Below, one piece after another: positions 1-14,188 of a DNA stretch of 64,000 nt. The DNA lies in assembly GCA_964187785.1 (NCBI GenBank), contig OZ076409.1, positions 97,404,001 to 97,468,000 of the forward strand. The letters are read 5' to 3'. The translations under genes and the position numbers were made by a program. This stretch comes from Amphiscolops sp. MND2022 (Eukaryota). The stretch's first letter is position 1. Every line of letters starts with the position of its first letter. The notes beneath the pieces were generated by a model. That model did not search any database. It had not been told where the DNA came from and saw only the letters and a program-made list of their open reading frames with translations.

Positions 1-939
1 GCGGAGCGACGTGCCATATGGCCATGCCTCAATGTTGCTACTTGGCGAAGGGAGCGAAGCGACCAAGCCATACAGCAAACATGAACCTCTTCAAATAAAT
101 CCATTCATAATGGCTGTAACAGCAGTCATTTTGTTCCGTTTTGAAAATCGGTTGTTGTGTACCGTTTTGAAAATCGGCTGTTATGTCCTGCAACCCAGTT
201 TTTGATCTCTTCTAGACATTCTTCAGCTAACAACGCTTCAAAGAGCTTTGCCATGCCCTCATTTCCGTCAAAAGTGGCTTGAATTGATCCACCCAAGTTG
301 GCAACCAATCGCAGTCTTCCGGTGGACCACAGAGGTGGCATCCGCAGTTTTTGGACATTAATAAGTTCATTGGTGGATCCAATGGTTCTTTTGTGAGTCT
401 GGTAAAAAATTTCTGTAATACGTCAGGGTTGGCATCCAAACGTAGACGACCAATTTTAGGTTTTTTTTCCACCAAAATACCGTGATTTTAGTTGTTATTC
501 TCTCAAAACAACAAAATTAGGCCTTATTCCACTAAAATACAGCTATTTTAGACATTATATCAGAAAAACTAATATAGGCTTTACTCCACCAAAGTACGGA
601 GATTTTAGATCTTATTCTATCAGATAAACGAATAAAGCCAATATAACTGCGATCATGATGTAACTGTTATCATGTTCCGCCCTCACACATTTATTTGTGC
701 AAATGAAGGAAAGTCACCATCTGCGTTGCATTTTTTTCTTCCAAATTCGCCCAAAAACATACATAACTCACATCCCAAAAACATACATAACTCACATAAC
801 CCATGCACGCATTTTCACGGATTGTTGACTTGATGTCTCCAAAATAAAAAAAACGGGAATGAAAAAATCAATAAAAAATGCGCAAAATTTCAGTTTTTCT
901 TGTTTTCTTGTGTGGTCACTCTATAATACTGGGGACAAC

Positions 940-1240
940 ATTAGGTCAAAGAGGCCCTAGCATGTTTTCGAACAAGCTGAACTGCAGCCAGAGACACCAC
1001 GCGTGCAAAGTTTTGGCACAAAGTCCGGAGCCAGTGCGGCGAAGCTGCACGCCAGCCGAGGACTTCGCGCAAAAAACTTTGTGCGCAAGGGGCCCTCATT
1101 AGCGGGCCCCCATCCCAGCAGTTTGAATATCAAAATGAAAGCCCTGATTGTCTTCTTTTGAACGCGTTAAAAATCGTTTGTCGGACTTGAATAGTTTTAG
1201 AGATATTGCGGCTTAAAGTTTAAGCACCAGATTTTTGGAT
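940..1240. repeat. Dispersed GC-rich repeat family (other copies ~54700-55000 inverted and ~58430-58740)
   Basis: Shared core gcgtgcaaagttttggcNcaaagtNcggagccagtgcggcgaagc...cgcgcaaaaaacttt in three places. Confidence 0.8.
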
Positions 1241-1824
1241 GCATCCAGAAATTTCAACCTCCATTCCGGGTTAATGATATAATCCGTTGAATTTACTGAC
1301 GATTGCTGCCCAGTTGGCTGGGCGTTGGCCTGCCAGTCAGTAGGTGGTGGGTTCGAAACCGGGCTGGAGCCTAGAATTTTTTCTGCTTTCCCAGGCAGTA
1401 CATTGCCTTCGCCATACGTTTTTCGCAATACTAGTGTGGCGGAAAATATCCCGGTGCTTAGCGTGCGTCTTGTTTATCATTGAATCTAAAATTTTTGTCA
1501 AACATTTCTGTCATCGTTTTTTAATTGAAGGTTTTTCGACTTGTTTGGTTCTTCTTCAGAAAACCGGGGTCTTAGTTCGCAGAATTCTAATCTGAGCTGT
1601 TACAATTGGGAAAATCATATTGCAACAACCGAGAAGTAAAGTAAATGAATTTTTTTGGGAAATTGATAAAACTTATCGAGGTTAAAAAGACATATTTTAT
1701 AGATCAGGGGTATAGCGGAAAAAATCCAACAGTTTTTGTTGAACCCGATTTCTTTATTCAAACATACCCATGCAATGAAAGCAATGTGTATGGAATTTTC
1801 GTAGAAATTTTCAAACTTTTACAG

Positions 1825-4800
1825 TTACACGTTCACTGGGGGGATCCAATGTGAAGAAATCAGAGAAAGACAGAGAGCACAAAATATCGCTGGGGTCACC
1901 CTATTATCCCCAAGTGTACAAAAACAGAGATGACTCCCACAAAGTGATCTACAACCTGCAAGTGAAGCCCCCCTTCCGACCGGGTGTAAAGATGCTGGAT
2001 TTCTATAGGACTCCCCCTGAAAACTCCCTCAAAATGGGAGACCCCCCAAAAAATTTCAAATCGTGTCAGCCTTGTGACCCCACAAACTGTCCTGTAACCT
2101 CCAATACTTGTGCTTCCCAATTCGACAGGTAAGAAATCATCAAATGCGTTTGAATCCTTTCCGTTTTTACAAAACCCAAACCCCCCAAGGGAAAAAATGA
2201 AATCGGGTCGGTTACCGTTCGGTTCAGGAAAAAAAGGAAATATTTATATCAAAAAAATTTTTGACAAAGATGAATTTACACGCGACAGTAAAGTCGGGTT
2301 TTTCTCCATGACTTCCTAAATATGCGACAAATTATGTGTAAACACACGCTCAGGTCAACATATATTCACACTGCCATTGGATACTTGGCAAATAAAAGCA
2401 TTAGTAAAGAGCTCATAAGCCAATAAGATTTCACATCCGCCTAATATCTTGGCCACAATTTCTGGAGTGCGTTTACCAAACAGACATAGCAGTCAAATAG
2501 CATAAAAGTATTTTTCGTGCTAATGAGCAGACTCAATTCCTACTGGTTGAAACTTCATATTAAAACTAAGTAATTGCGTCAGATTAGCAGTCAATAAAAC
2601 TATTATTATACCGTAGTCAGTCATGTTCACATACCCCTGGTGCTCTAAATGCAGTAGCGAAGCGAATTGGAGCGACGTGGCATATGGCTATACCTCAATG
2701 TTGCGACTTGGCGAAAGGAGTGAAGCGACCTTGCTATTCAACAAATGTTAACCTCTTCAAGTAGATCAAATTTCATACATCTTGGCTGTAACAGCAATAA
2801 TTTCTTTGGTTTGTAATTCTAAATTTTGATTGGCCAAATAATTACCGTTTTCATTAACTTTTCTGCTTTTTGAGTAGTCTGCTTATTAAACGGTCTGGTC
2901 TGCTTGTTAGACTACCTCCAATATTAAATGATTTTTCAAAGAGTCATTGTTTAACTTAACTGTTACATGACGCGGTGGTATCAAATGGAACTAAAATGAA
3001 TGTTGAATATTGAATTTATTTAAACTTTTACTATGCCCCCCTATATCACTCGTTACACTATGTCCCTCCTGGAGAAAAATTTTGACAGCTCATTTATTTT
3101 CATCTGCTTTTGGCTAATCTCTCATGCCATTCTGTCAATCAATTGATCTCGTCATACCTCTCGACATTTTTTATTGGCTCTAATTATTGAAATCTCCACG
3201 CATGCAATCAGAAGCGTTGTTAAATAAGTGCGGATCTGCGCTATTAGTATGTGCAAAACAAGTTTCTAATAGTGCTTCACTATGTCCACCTTTTTTGCTG
3301 TAGGGTAAGAGACTTCCAAATTTTCGGCTTTTTGAGTAGTTTGCTTACCCTAGTTGAGACTGCTTGAACTTTTTACATGCTGCAGGCCTGCATGCAGGGT
3401 AATTTTTTATAAAACCTAGAAAATTCAGTGACAATTCAGGCGGTAAATCTTGTAGAATTACACTGCATTTTCCACTACTGCAATTAAATTTGAAAATAAA
3501 TACAACATCATCACCGACACGACCACTTTGTATTTACACTTTGTTTTCTCAACAACTATCTGATGTGATCACCGCTTTTCAAATAGGACGCTAAACATGA
3601 CGCTACTTTGCAGTTTATTACGTGACTGAAGTTATTTTGCATTAATATGGCTGTTGAACTGAGAGCGATTTATTTGCTTTTAAAATTAGAACAGCTTCTT
3701 TAAGAAACCTGCAAAACTTCAAGGACTAAAATTGCCGCCAAAACTTTGATGAATCTTTCAAGCAGCTTGATAAAAGTCGAATACAACAGGTAAATATTTT
3801 CGCATTAAAGTTTCCGTATGAGTTTTAGAAAATCATAATAAAAGTTGCTGGCAACATTAAAGTACATGCAAAAAGTTCAAGAAGTTTCAACCAGGGTATT
3901 AGACGGTCTGTTTGTTAGACTACTTCCTAATTTCTGTCTCTCAGCCGAATCGAAATATCCGGTTTAGTTATTTTCGTCTCGGTTTATTTTCGTCTCGGTG
4001 AGTTTCGGTTATTTTTGCAAACCGCGATTACCGTTCTTAATCGGTTAACCACAGGGTTGGGAAATAATCAGCTTTTAAAAAAACATCCAACCTATTCACT
4101 TCATGTTTGAATGATGAAAAATAAAGCATAAAAAATACAAAAGTGTATTCAACTACAGTTATAAAATTCATAAAACCATTGCAAATTTGATAATTGATGA
4201 TTCAGCACCTTGAAGCAAAACAACAGTTTAGCAGCTTTGTCGACGCCGAGTCTTTTTCTTGGCTTGTTATAAACCCAACCGAAGCAGCTTAATCACCGCT
4301 CTAAGCACCCCGAACTCGGGACGCAGGATAATGCTGCCCAAAGAATTGTTGGTACCTCCTGGTAAACATCAAAGAAGTTCCACCAATCAGAAGAGAAGGG
4401 TGAATGTCTTTGGCACCCTAAAAATAGTGGGAATGGAAAGGATCAAAGTTGATGCGAAATCTTAAAATAAAACTAATGGTGGTTTTCCTTTGAGCAGTTG
4501 CGAAATCCAAGGCTGATTTTTCTTCCTTTTGACAGAGCTGTTTTTCGGATCCACCATGAATGCAAAATAGTGTTGGAACGAACGACAAAGCTTGCTTTTG
4601 ACGAGCGACCAATATTTTTGTTTATCAAGCGGAAGAATCGCATTTAGCGTGTCAGAAAGTATTGTCCAACAGTCGACAGAATCAGAAAGATTCATTTTTG
4701 CCTCTTGCCTGCGGTCCGTTGCCTTGGCAATGGTTGATACAATTACTTGACAGTCTTCAGCTTATCGTTTGTGTGCTATGTCGGTTATTACTCTATAGAC

Positions 4801-7800
4801 ACCCTTGTTCATTTCCGCGCGTATCTCTTCTGCAGTCGCAAGTAAGAATCGCCGCAATTCAAGTTATGTACCCACAATGTCAGACATAAAATTCCATCGA
4901 ACATCGCTGGGAAAAAGAGGCTTCGTAGAATTGTTGGCTCGAAGCCACGCGGCTGGTGCATGATAGCTTTCGAAGTACTTTGCCAAATCTGTAATTGTAT
5001 CAGTTACTGTTTAACAAACATTGGATTTTAGGATCAGTCGCCATTGTTTTCAAAACATGTGATCCACATGCATACAGTGACACTTCTAGGTTTAAAACAT
5101 AAACTTTTTTCAGCAGACCGCACATCTTTTTCCAATTGCTGCATTGTCTGTTACAAAGCCTGCACCATGAAACTTGTAGAAACGCTCGGACTTCTCTAGT
5201 GCTGTTGTTACCAGCGATTAAAGGTATTTGCTTGTATGCTAATTTCCAGTTGTATCAATTGTGTCCAGCAAATATGATTCACCGGTAGTTGTAGTTGTGG
5301 TAACGGCAATACAAACAATGTGCTCGTTGTGAATCATTGACCAACCGTCGAAGGACATCGTCACGAACTTTCCTGTCATTTGTTGCTCAAGTAACTCTTC
5401 CGATAGGCGTTTTCTTGTTGGTGGCTTATAGCTCGGCCTAGATTTTGAAGTACTTTACGTGAAAGACGAGTGTTCGGTTCGAAGTGCAAAAATTATTGTG
5501 TTATTGCAAGATTCAATTCGTGTTTCTCACTTAGCGTTGTAGACGATCTTGTAATGAGCCTGTCTATCTTTTGCATCTTTGCAGGTATCGCCGGCACTTC
5601 GTTGAGTTCCTTTGTAGTGGAGTAGCGGTCGCGTCAGCTGCAGGTTGTGGATAGTCTTCGGGATGGCACTTCATTGTGCGATCTTCCATTTTTTTGACCA
5701 CCCCTTGCAATCCATCGCCACACCGCACATGGTCCTTTGTTATTTTCTTTAGGCACCTTGATGAACTTGGACCATACTTGACTCTCTCTTCTTCTGACCA
5801 GGAGTTGCCATGAATTTTCTTTGAACAACACATCATGTTTTGATTGTAATTCTACAGAAACAAAATATCAATTATTGAACATAATAATTATCAACTAACC
5901 TTTTTCGAGTGAAGTTGACACAAAAGTTGATTTATGGAAGGAATTATATAATTGGAATAATATAATAATTGGAATAATATAATTGGAAAGGAATTATATA
6001 ATTGTAGGCATGAAATCGGATTGAATCATATGGAAAACGAAGGAAACCACTGTAATGACTTTTGAAAATATCGAAAACATTAAAAAACATCTAAAATTAG
6101 AGGAGGAACCCCTAAAATAACATCTAAAATTACTGAAAGAACAACTGGAACAAGATCTGAGAAAAAACCGATATCACATCAGAAAATGTCGGACTCGGTT
6201 CCAAACTGCAAACATAGTTTGCAGAAGCTGAAAACCCAAGTCCTTATACCCAACAGTTTGGAAGCACTCCGATTTTCCGGTTTTATTGTATCGTTTTCCG
6301 TTTTCAGTTGTTTCCGGAAAGTGACAAGCTAGTAGAACGAAAATCTGAAATTTTGAGAATTTCGAATTATTGCTTTTCGTTCCATACCTTTCCATGCATG
6401 GAATCATATGGTTCCATGCACTGCCATGTATGGAATCATATGATTCCATGCGTGGAATTGCATGGAAGGTCTGTAGGTCATGGTCCCATGCATGGAATCG
6501 TATGGAATCATACGGATCATATGCTTCCATGCATGGAATTGCATGAAAACCTTATGAATTTGGATCCGGGGGGGGGGGGGGGGTGGTCTCATGAAATCGA
6601 TACAAAGTCCATCAAAAGATTTCAAAAATTTTCTGCGGAAAAAATGGGCGTGTGTGAAGAATCATCCTCACCTGAAAAACTGTATCAATTGAGGTTGAAT
6701 TGTTGGCAAATACTTAAAGTCCTCCGTTTGTTGCTTGAAACTGAACCCAGTAACGACTTTTTCAAATCTTTTTCACGAGTGGTCGGATATTATCATCATT
6801 GGGATGTGAGAGACATAGATAAAAGTAACCCAAAAGTTTCCAAAATCTGCCACTGTTAGACTTTTTTCAATTTTTGCAACAACTGTCCATACGGTTTGCG
6901 GAAAACTCGTCGAAAACAACTCGCCGAATGCAACTCGTCGAAAACAACTCGTCGAAAGTAAAGGGCGGAAAACTTGTCGACAATTAACTCGTCGAATGAT
7001 AATTAAGTGCAAACTCGTCGAATATTTACAGATTACTTACTGGGATGATTCAGTTCTAATTATGGTTTAAGTTTCGTTAGTTGATGCGTAAAATCTTAAG
7101 TTTTACGCATAATATAGCATTTTTAGTTAAATAATTGCTTGAAATGCTTCACTTTTATAGTTTACAGTGTAATACTTCATATTAATTTAGAACTTTGTAA
7201 CACGGTATGATCACAAAGTTAGAACTATATTTGCCTGAGAGTATTTTCTTTCTTGCGACGAGTTTTCCGCCGGAGAATTTTCGGCGAGTTGCTTTTCGAC
7301 GAGTTTTCCGCCCAGTATTTTTGACCAGTTGTTTTCGGTGAGTTGTTTTTGACGAGTTGTTTTCGCCGAGCTTTCCCAGATTCGTCCATACGGTTCGAAC
7401 GAAGATTTCTATAGTCATTCTACACCATATTATGGTCCTATGTGTGCAAGGGCATTGAAAACGTATGACTGGGATCTGAGAAACAGAATAATTTAACCCA
7501 AAAATGGCAATAAACAGCGGCATTTTCGGACTTTTTTTCAATTTTTGCAAAACTGTCAGTACGATTCGAACGAAATTTTCAACAGTCACTTTACACCATA
7601 TTAAGGTCCTATGTGTACAAGGGCATCAAAATCGTATGACTGGGATTCAAGCGAGTCAGAAGGAAAAAGACCTAAACCGACTCCTTTACCGCACATGCGG
7701 CTCTGGTTTTTTCTTTTTTCGCCAGACCAAAGAGCTCACCTTGTATGTACCACTTTATGGTTAATCGGTTTAGGGGGATCCCAGCAGTCACGGGTTCGAG

Positions 7801-10145
7801 TCCCTGCTTCAGCCAGCAACTTTTTCGTGCTGCTGCAAAACTGGACGAGACTGAAGGGACCTTTTGATTTTTGTTTGGATATTTTGCAACAAACTGGATT
7901 TTCAAAAAACCCAAAAAGTCCTTTTCACACTTTTCGGCATTGTGAGATTTTTTAAATGAATATTTTTCGTTGGAAAATTTCGTTTTCTCAGTGGCCCAGC
8001 ACGCTATATCCAAACTTTTGCCGTTATATCCGAAGTTGCGTGGTTCAAAGAAACATGGTCCAAAATATGTTGTGTTTTTTGCAGTTCCATCACAGACAGA
8101 GTGACAATTGAATTGAGCAACTTGAGAAGCGACAACAAGCAGTTCTGGGAGGGCCAATGGAAGTTCTCCATCATCGACTACCATGGATCCAATGAGATTG
8201 CAATCTTCTACTTCACTCTCCACGAATTCCTCACCGAGTCAGACCCTCACAGTCTTCAGTCAGGTTAGGGTGACGTCATTATGACGTCATCAGTTGAAAA
8301 TGCTATCAGAGTTTGCTACAACTGGTTGACAATGTTTGATCTCATACCCCGTGACATGACAAACCTAAGCTCAAATAAAACGAACTCCTTCACAAAAATA
8401 TCTGCTTTAATTATGTTGCTGGATGCTTTGAAACAAAAAAAGACCTTTTTGTTCACGTTTCGAAACCACCTTCTAAGAATTGTTTTTGAAAGTATCCGGA
8501 ATGTTGCACTTGTTTTTTCTCCTACATCGTTCAAAAAGTAGCCCTTATTGAATTAGAAAGACTCGCTAATTGGCATTTTGCTGGGCAGAGGCTCGAAGAA
8601 AATACTTTTGAATCAAATGCCATGTTCTTATTTATACAACATTCAATTTAAAAAACGTTCCTTCATTCATTTCCTTCCTATGACGTCATGGAATGTAGTT
8701 TTCATGGGAAAGTATAAAATAGACAGATCAGTTTTTTCCCTAAATTATCATCAGTCCTAGTTGAAAGTGCTCAAAACTCGACATGCTTTTATAGGTTGCA
8801 AGACAAAAATCTACTAAATTTTTTGGAGCTGTTTAGAGAAGCTTTCATGCTCAATATTTTCATGCTGCGTCTCTAATTTTTGAGGTGTTTATCAAGATTC
8901 GCATTATTCAGATCTAAGTATTTTTAAAGCTGGTTTCAACGTGATTTTGAAAACATAGTTAGGTAATTGTGGTAGATGTGTGAAAGTGTGAAACATCTTA
9001 GTTGTAAACACTGCGTGAAAGTACTTGTCGATTGTCTAGCGTGAGATTCTCACCAAGATATCATTAGCATGAGAGCCGAGATTCAAAACAGATACTTGAA
9101 TTCAGTCAGAAACACATTATCTATCCTCTGCATTTTTTCAAATTCAGTTATATTGAGTTTCACGTTAACAGTTATGCATAAATTTTCGAAAAAAAAGGTA
9201 TTGGAATGTTCCCAGACTAATGATCCCACCACATGCGTAACTTTTGACATTCCGTTCAAACACAGATTCCCTTCAAAAATGGCCAAACATTCAAAACATT
9301 GGAAAAAAAGCTTCAACTTCTGATCATGACATTTTTGTGCTTAATTTTGCGTAAAACTACGGCATTTGTTTTTCTCTTCGGTTGAAGATTTATTCAATGG
9401 AGGCTCCTTTTCCTCAGAAAACCGATAATCTAGATCAACTTTGAGCCTTGCGAGCTTCGTATATCTCATGAAGTTATTCGATTGAAAACAAATATCTTCA
9501 ATTGTAAGTTTAGTAGGCTCTTTTCTGTTTCCCTCCACCACCAAAATTTTTGGAATTCAATTTCCTTAAAACCTTTAGACTAGCCTAATTAAAAGTAAAA
9601 CCTTCTTTCATATTGGGAAGTTAACGTTAATGGGAATAGTTTTTTGCTTGAACAAAACATTGTTCACACATTTTGACTATACTTATGCTCGTATTAAGTG
9701 TTTTTCGATGACTCAAAACAGGAAGCTGTTGATTTCTTCATCAAAAATGCGTGACTTCATATTGAAAAAACGTGAAGAAAGTTTGTATCTGAATCCTAAT
9801 CTGTCACACTTAAGAATAAATGTAAATTTGAAGCTTTCTGGTTTGTATTCAAGTCTTTTTGTTAAACGATTTTCACTAATTTTTCAAAAAAAATTGGCGG
9901 TGGGGGAAAACAGAAAAGAGCCGTTTAGTAATAATACTAATGATGATGTCCATCGGAAAATGTTATCAATTTTGTAATTTATAATGTGAGTGTAACAAAA
10001 AAATTTGAATAATCTGGATTCCGATGAAATTTTTTAGAATGTTGTTTCAGTGGGCTACATTTACATCGATGCTTCTTCTGCCAAGAGAATGACGTGTCTT
10101 CTTCTGATTGGATGCTTGCTCATCTCGAAAGTGCGAAACTCCTAA
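1825..10145 (+). CDS. 3' exons of a host gene encoding a CUB-like extracellular protein with a GPI-anchor-like C-terminus (5' end not found)
   Basis: Exons 1825-2128, 8085-8263 and 10051-10145 are bounded by AG/GT with matching phases (2, then 1). Translation includes GSPYYPQVYKN..YNLQVKPPFRPGVKMLDF (CUB-like SPxYP..Y) and ends DASSAKRMTCLLLIGCLLISKVRNS*. AATAAA at 10188. Confidence 0.6.
4200..5836 (-). pseudogene. Decayed hAT DNA-transposon transposase
   Basis: Minus-strand fragments RPSYKPPTRKRLSEELL..VTMSFDGWS (first catalytic D), YACGSH (CxxH) and CVPSSGCLER..RKRLGVDKAAKL (hAT dimerisation region). Many stops and frameshifts. Confidence 0.75.
6389..6546. repeat. Minisatellite built from short palindromic units (TCCATGCATGGA / ATCATATGAT)
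   Basis: Alternating ~10-nt self-complementary units are directly visible. Confidence 0.8.
6894..7383. mobile_element. MITE with long TIRs made of ~15-bp tandem units, 9-bp TSD (Mutator-like)
   Basis: Left arm has aactcgtcgaaaac units and right arm has their reverse complements. GTCCATACG is duplicated at 6885-6893 and 7384-7392. Confidence 0.75.
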
Positions 10146-10669
10146 CTTGGCTGATAGCTCACTCATAGAACTTTTGCTGCATGCGATAATAAAACTTTTC
10201 ATGAAGATTTTTTCACTTTGAGCTCACTTGGCCTAATTTAAAACTGTTAAATTGTTACAATAATAGTTGGTTAGTTTAAATTCAAGTAAAGCCTGGCTGT
10301 TTCGGAAAACGACGCAACTTTGAACAATGGAGAGTGTGACTTTTTTCTCAACGAAGCTCGACTTTTACACGTATTATGTCCTTTCTTCATGAGATATGAA
10401 ACGGTAATGTGTGAACAGCTTCAAACTCTGCAATGAGAAAAATGTTCCTGACGAGAATACTTCAGCTGAATATGGCAGATTTCGTCGCTCGTGAAATTTT
10501 GACCGATTTTGTCCCGTTTTTACCAGATTTCGTCCTATTTTTGACAGATTGTCCCGGATTATGGTAAAATTATTCTATGCTATACACAAGATTAGGCGCT
10601 AATCGGTATAATTTATTCATTTCAAAATGTGACCTCAAAATGAAAGGTTATTTTCTGGTTATTATTTGA

Positions 10670-10820
10670 AGATGTTAGCATATTTGTTGTATGGCTCGGT
10701 CGCTTCGCTGCCTTCGCCAAGTAGCAACATTGAGGCATGGCCATATGGCACGTCGCTCCGCTTCGCTTCGTTCCTGCATTTAGGGCACTAGAAGTATGTG
10801 AACATAGCTGACTACATTAT
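10670..10820. repeat. High-copy ~150-bp dispersed repeat (also ~1-125 and ~2610-2760 inverted; ~49070, ~60480, ~62365)
   Basis: Near-identical gtatggctcggtcgcttcgct..ccaagtagcaacattgaggcatggccatatggcacgtcgctccgc in at least six places, often nested inside MITEs. Confidence 0.85.
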
Positions 10821-12684
10821 AATAATCATTCAGACAAAATATGCAGGGATCACACTTACATTATACGGACCACACTTAGTAAGGAGAAATCGCTTGGGAC
10901 CACACTTAGTCAGGAGTACCAGAAAACGTTTTTCAGCGGAATAGCGACATTTCCCTATTTCATTAAATTTATGCTTTTTGCGGTTTTACTTTCTTTACTT
11001 CAACCATGATCTTGAGAATTTTCCATTATTATTTCAACCAAGAGGTCTCAAAAACAAATTTTTGGGTCACGCAAAATTTTCCACTAGCGTCCTCGCTAAC
11101 GTAACAAAATCAATCTGACATCATAAATTATCAAGTTTCCAGGTGTTCCAAAACATCCTCGGCGAATTAGGTTTAAATTTTTTTTCAACCATTTTTGCCA
11201 AAAAAGGAAGCACGTCTGTTGATTATTTGAAAAGCTGATAACGTTTGAGAAATTCAGAACTAACTTTTAAAGAATTTCTTCTAGATTCAAAAATCAACAT
11301 CAAAATTGATATTTAAGTTAAGTTTTTCATTGATTAATGAGGTCCATGCGGAACGTCAGGAATGTTGGAATGAATTTCAGAAAATCTATTACTATAAATA
11401 AGTTGTTTCAATCTGACCTATCTCTTCAAGAGTTTTGTGGGAATGAATTTTGAACATGGCGTCCCGTGTTTACTGCTTTGATCGAACAGATGTCGCAGTG
11501 CGTGAACTTACGCTATGTCTCCCCTAGAGAAAAAGAATGTTTGTGGCCCATTTACATTTATCTCCTATTGGCTAATCTCACCTACTATTCTGTCAAACCA
11601 TTGATCTCGTCATAACTAACGACACTTTTTATTAGTTCTTATCATCAAAATCCCCGCTCAGCCAACCAGAAGCGTTGATCGATAAGAGCAGATCAGCGCT
11701 ATTAGAATGCGCAGTACATGTATTAATAGCGCTTCACCTTTTTGCTGTAGGGGGGGATATAGTGAAAGACATCCGCCTACTGTAGATGCTATCCTAAAGG
11801 ATTGTAGAAAGTGGAGCTTTCAGTGTTATAATTGTCATCCTGCAAAAAAAGGGTCAAATAGAAACATCGCAAGCACTTCAGTTTTCACGTTAAAACACAA
11901 ACACAGTTTCACTTTTCCAAGACCCCGCTCGGGTGTCGCCCACTAGTTTCCGATGACGCAGAATCCAGATCAAGGCTCTACAAGGATTTTTTAAAGAAAA
12001 ATGGGAAGAGATGAAGTGAATATAGAAACTCCTGGTTTAAAAGATTTTTCAATTATTTTGAAAACAAAGTATTAAACCAATTTTGGACCGTAAAGTGAAA
12101 AGTTCAAGGAAAACGTTCCAAATGTGTTTTTTAAATGCTAAATTACTTGAAAATGTTGCTAGTTTTGGCAATTTTTGAAACTTAATCGGATTAGAAAGCA
12201 ATATTAGGGTTTCTTTTTGGCACTCTCTGATTTTTTGAGAAAATAATCATTTCACAAAAGGGTCACTTTCTTGTTTTTTTTGGTTAAAAAGTTTTTCTTG
12301 GTTTCAAGTTAAAATGATCTTCCTGTTTAATTTTTCCTAGTTATTCTGATGAAAAGTTTTTTTTTAGGTTTCAAGTTCAAAACATCGTCCCTTTTAATTT
12401 TTTCCTAGCACCGTGAGATTGAAAATTCCTTGCAAACTCAAAGAGTAACTGTACTGTTACCGGCTTCATTGGAAAAAGTACAGGTGTAAATTTTGCAAAA
12501 AACGCCCCGAAGACAACTTCTCAAAATCATATCCTCCAAATAAAAGGGCAGATACTTTGTCGAAATTTCATTCGCCCATTGATAAATAAGCAGGAACTCG
12601 ATGAAAATCTAGATATTGTTTCGGGTTCCCAGGAAAGAAAAAACTTAGCTGTAACACGGGAACGTTTGTTCCCCAAATTCCAGC

Positions 12685-14188
12685 TGTCGCAGTTTTGTTC
12701 GCCTATGTAAGAGTCTATTGAATTCTCTCTAGACACTTGTCTCTCATTTTCACGTGAAAAGCCCGATTTGCGGTGGTTCCCCCATATTTTCTGGGGATTT
12801 GCGGCTCCGGGGCTTTTTTGTAGCCCACGGGGTCTTCGGTCCACCAAGGTGACATTACCTCTCCCCTGCGTATCTAGTGTATTTTGAACAGAAGGAAGCA
12901 CTTTCTCGGTGATTGCAGTGCTAATAGCGTCCTAAACCTTAGAGTTTAAGCTTGTCATGATATCATTAAGTTTCTTCGTAACTTGATTAGCAATTCCATC
13001 TCTAATCATTCTAGATGTTTGTATTGTCATTTCACTCTTTTTAATACTGTTAGTATTTAGCAGCGACCTAAAAACGTCTCCAACTAAATTGGAATTTTGT
13101 TGCGGCCTATTGGACCCTGAGTCCAAATTCAATTCATCTTCAGTTTGGTTGTTCCTTTCGTCATCTCTTGAATACCTTCCTAGCATACTATCAACATTTT
13201 CAAAACCAGACATTAAGTCTAACTGCCAAGATCTCTATGTGGCTTTCCGTCCTCTTGTCGAAGGCATAGGAGAAAATGATCACTTTCGAGATTGAATTGC
13301 TGAACTTTCGGTACAAAATATATGATTTACACAAAGTAATCAAAGGTACATCTTCAATCGATTGTTAACAAATCAGATCAACTTGCTTGTATTGAATTTG
13401 TACAGATTATCGTCCCCAGTACCAGCGGTTCCTGCTATTTATAGTTAGCAGAGGGTGACTAACTAAATTTTGAGTGTCATGCAGCTAAATTTAGACACTA
13501 AGTTTTCCAAAAAAAGCTCCTTTCAGGGTTACATCATAGTGACGTCATTATGTTGTAATCACATCAAAAAGAATTTAGGCGGTTAGCCTTTCAAGGTAAA
13601 GCAAAATGTCTAGATGTTTCATCTCTATTTGTGAAATCTAAACTACAACATTTCATGTCATTCAAATATGCAGATTTTTGGAAGCATCGTATTTTAACCG
13701 TAGTGGAGTTTAGGTCTGTGAGGCTACAGTAATGTATTCAAACACAGCAATGGTGAAGGCCGTGTGCAATTTCCGCCACGGCGGACTTTCAGTCCGCGTA
13801 GCTACAATAAAATAGAAATAAAGACTGCACTCTGATTGGTCAATAACATTGGTACAGCGAGTATACCAAGCTAGAGGAAGAATTCCTTTGAACTCGTTTC
13901 CTATTCTGATATATTTGCACTCTAATTGTTTACGCCACGTACCAATATACTACTTTTTATAAAAAGCCGTTCTAGCATAATACAAAGCAACAGTAACATA
14001 GGTATGACAGACACAAAATTACATATTATAACAATGTAGTTCATGTTCATTACGGCAAAGTTTCATTGTGTCCGCGTAGACTGAGAGTCCACACGGTTTT
14101 AAATTGGGAGGACACCGGGAGGGGGGTTGGTATTCTCCTTCTAATAGAATTTGAAAATAATTGCCGTCACAGGCGGTAGCCTGTGACA
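12685..14188 (-). mobile_element. Solo LTR (1504 bp) of a sister family of the large Gypsy, containing a decayed gag 5' end
   Basis: TG..CA ends and perfect 5-bp TSD CCAGC (12680-12684, 14189-14193). Begins with the hairpin TGTCACAGGC-TACC-GCCTGTGAC. ATG at 13267 gives MPSTRGRK..LDLMSGFENVDSMLG, homologous to the Gag N-terminus at 30005. Confidence 0.85.

Noticed and set aside
6174..6859. ORFs of 118, 183 and 73 aa
   Set aside because: Artefacts of a stop-poor palindromic minisatellite and adjacent repeats.
7672..8223. 183-aa minus-strand ORF
   Set aside because: Shadow of the plus-strand exon 8085-8263 plus repeat DNA.
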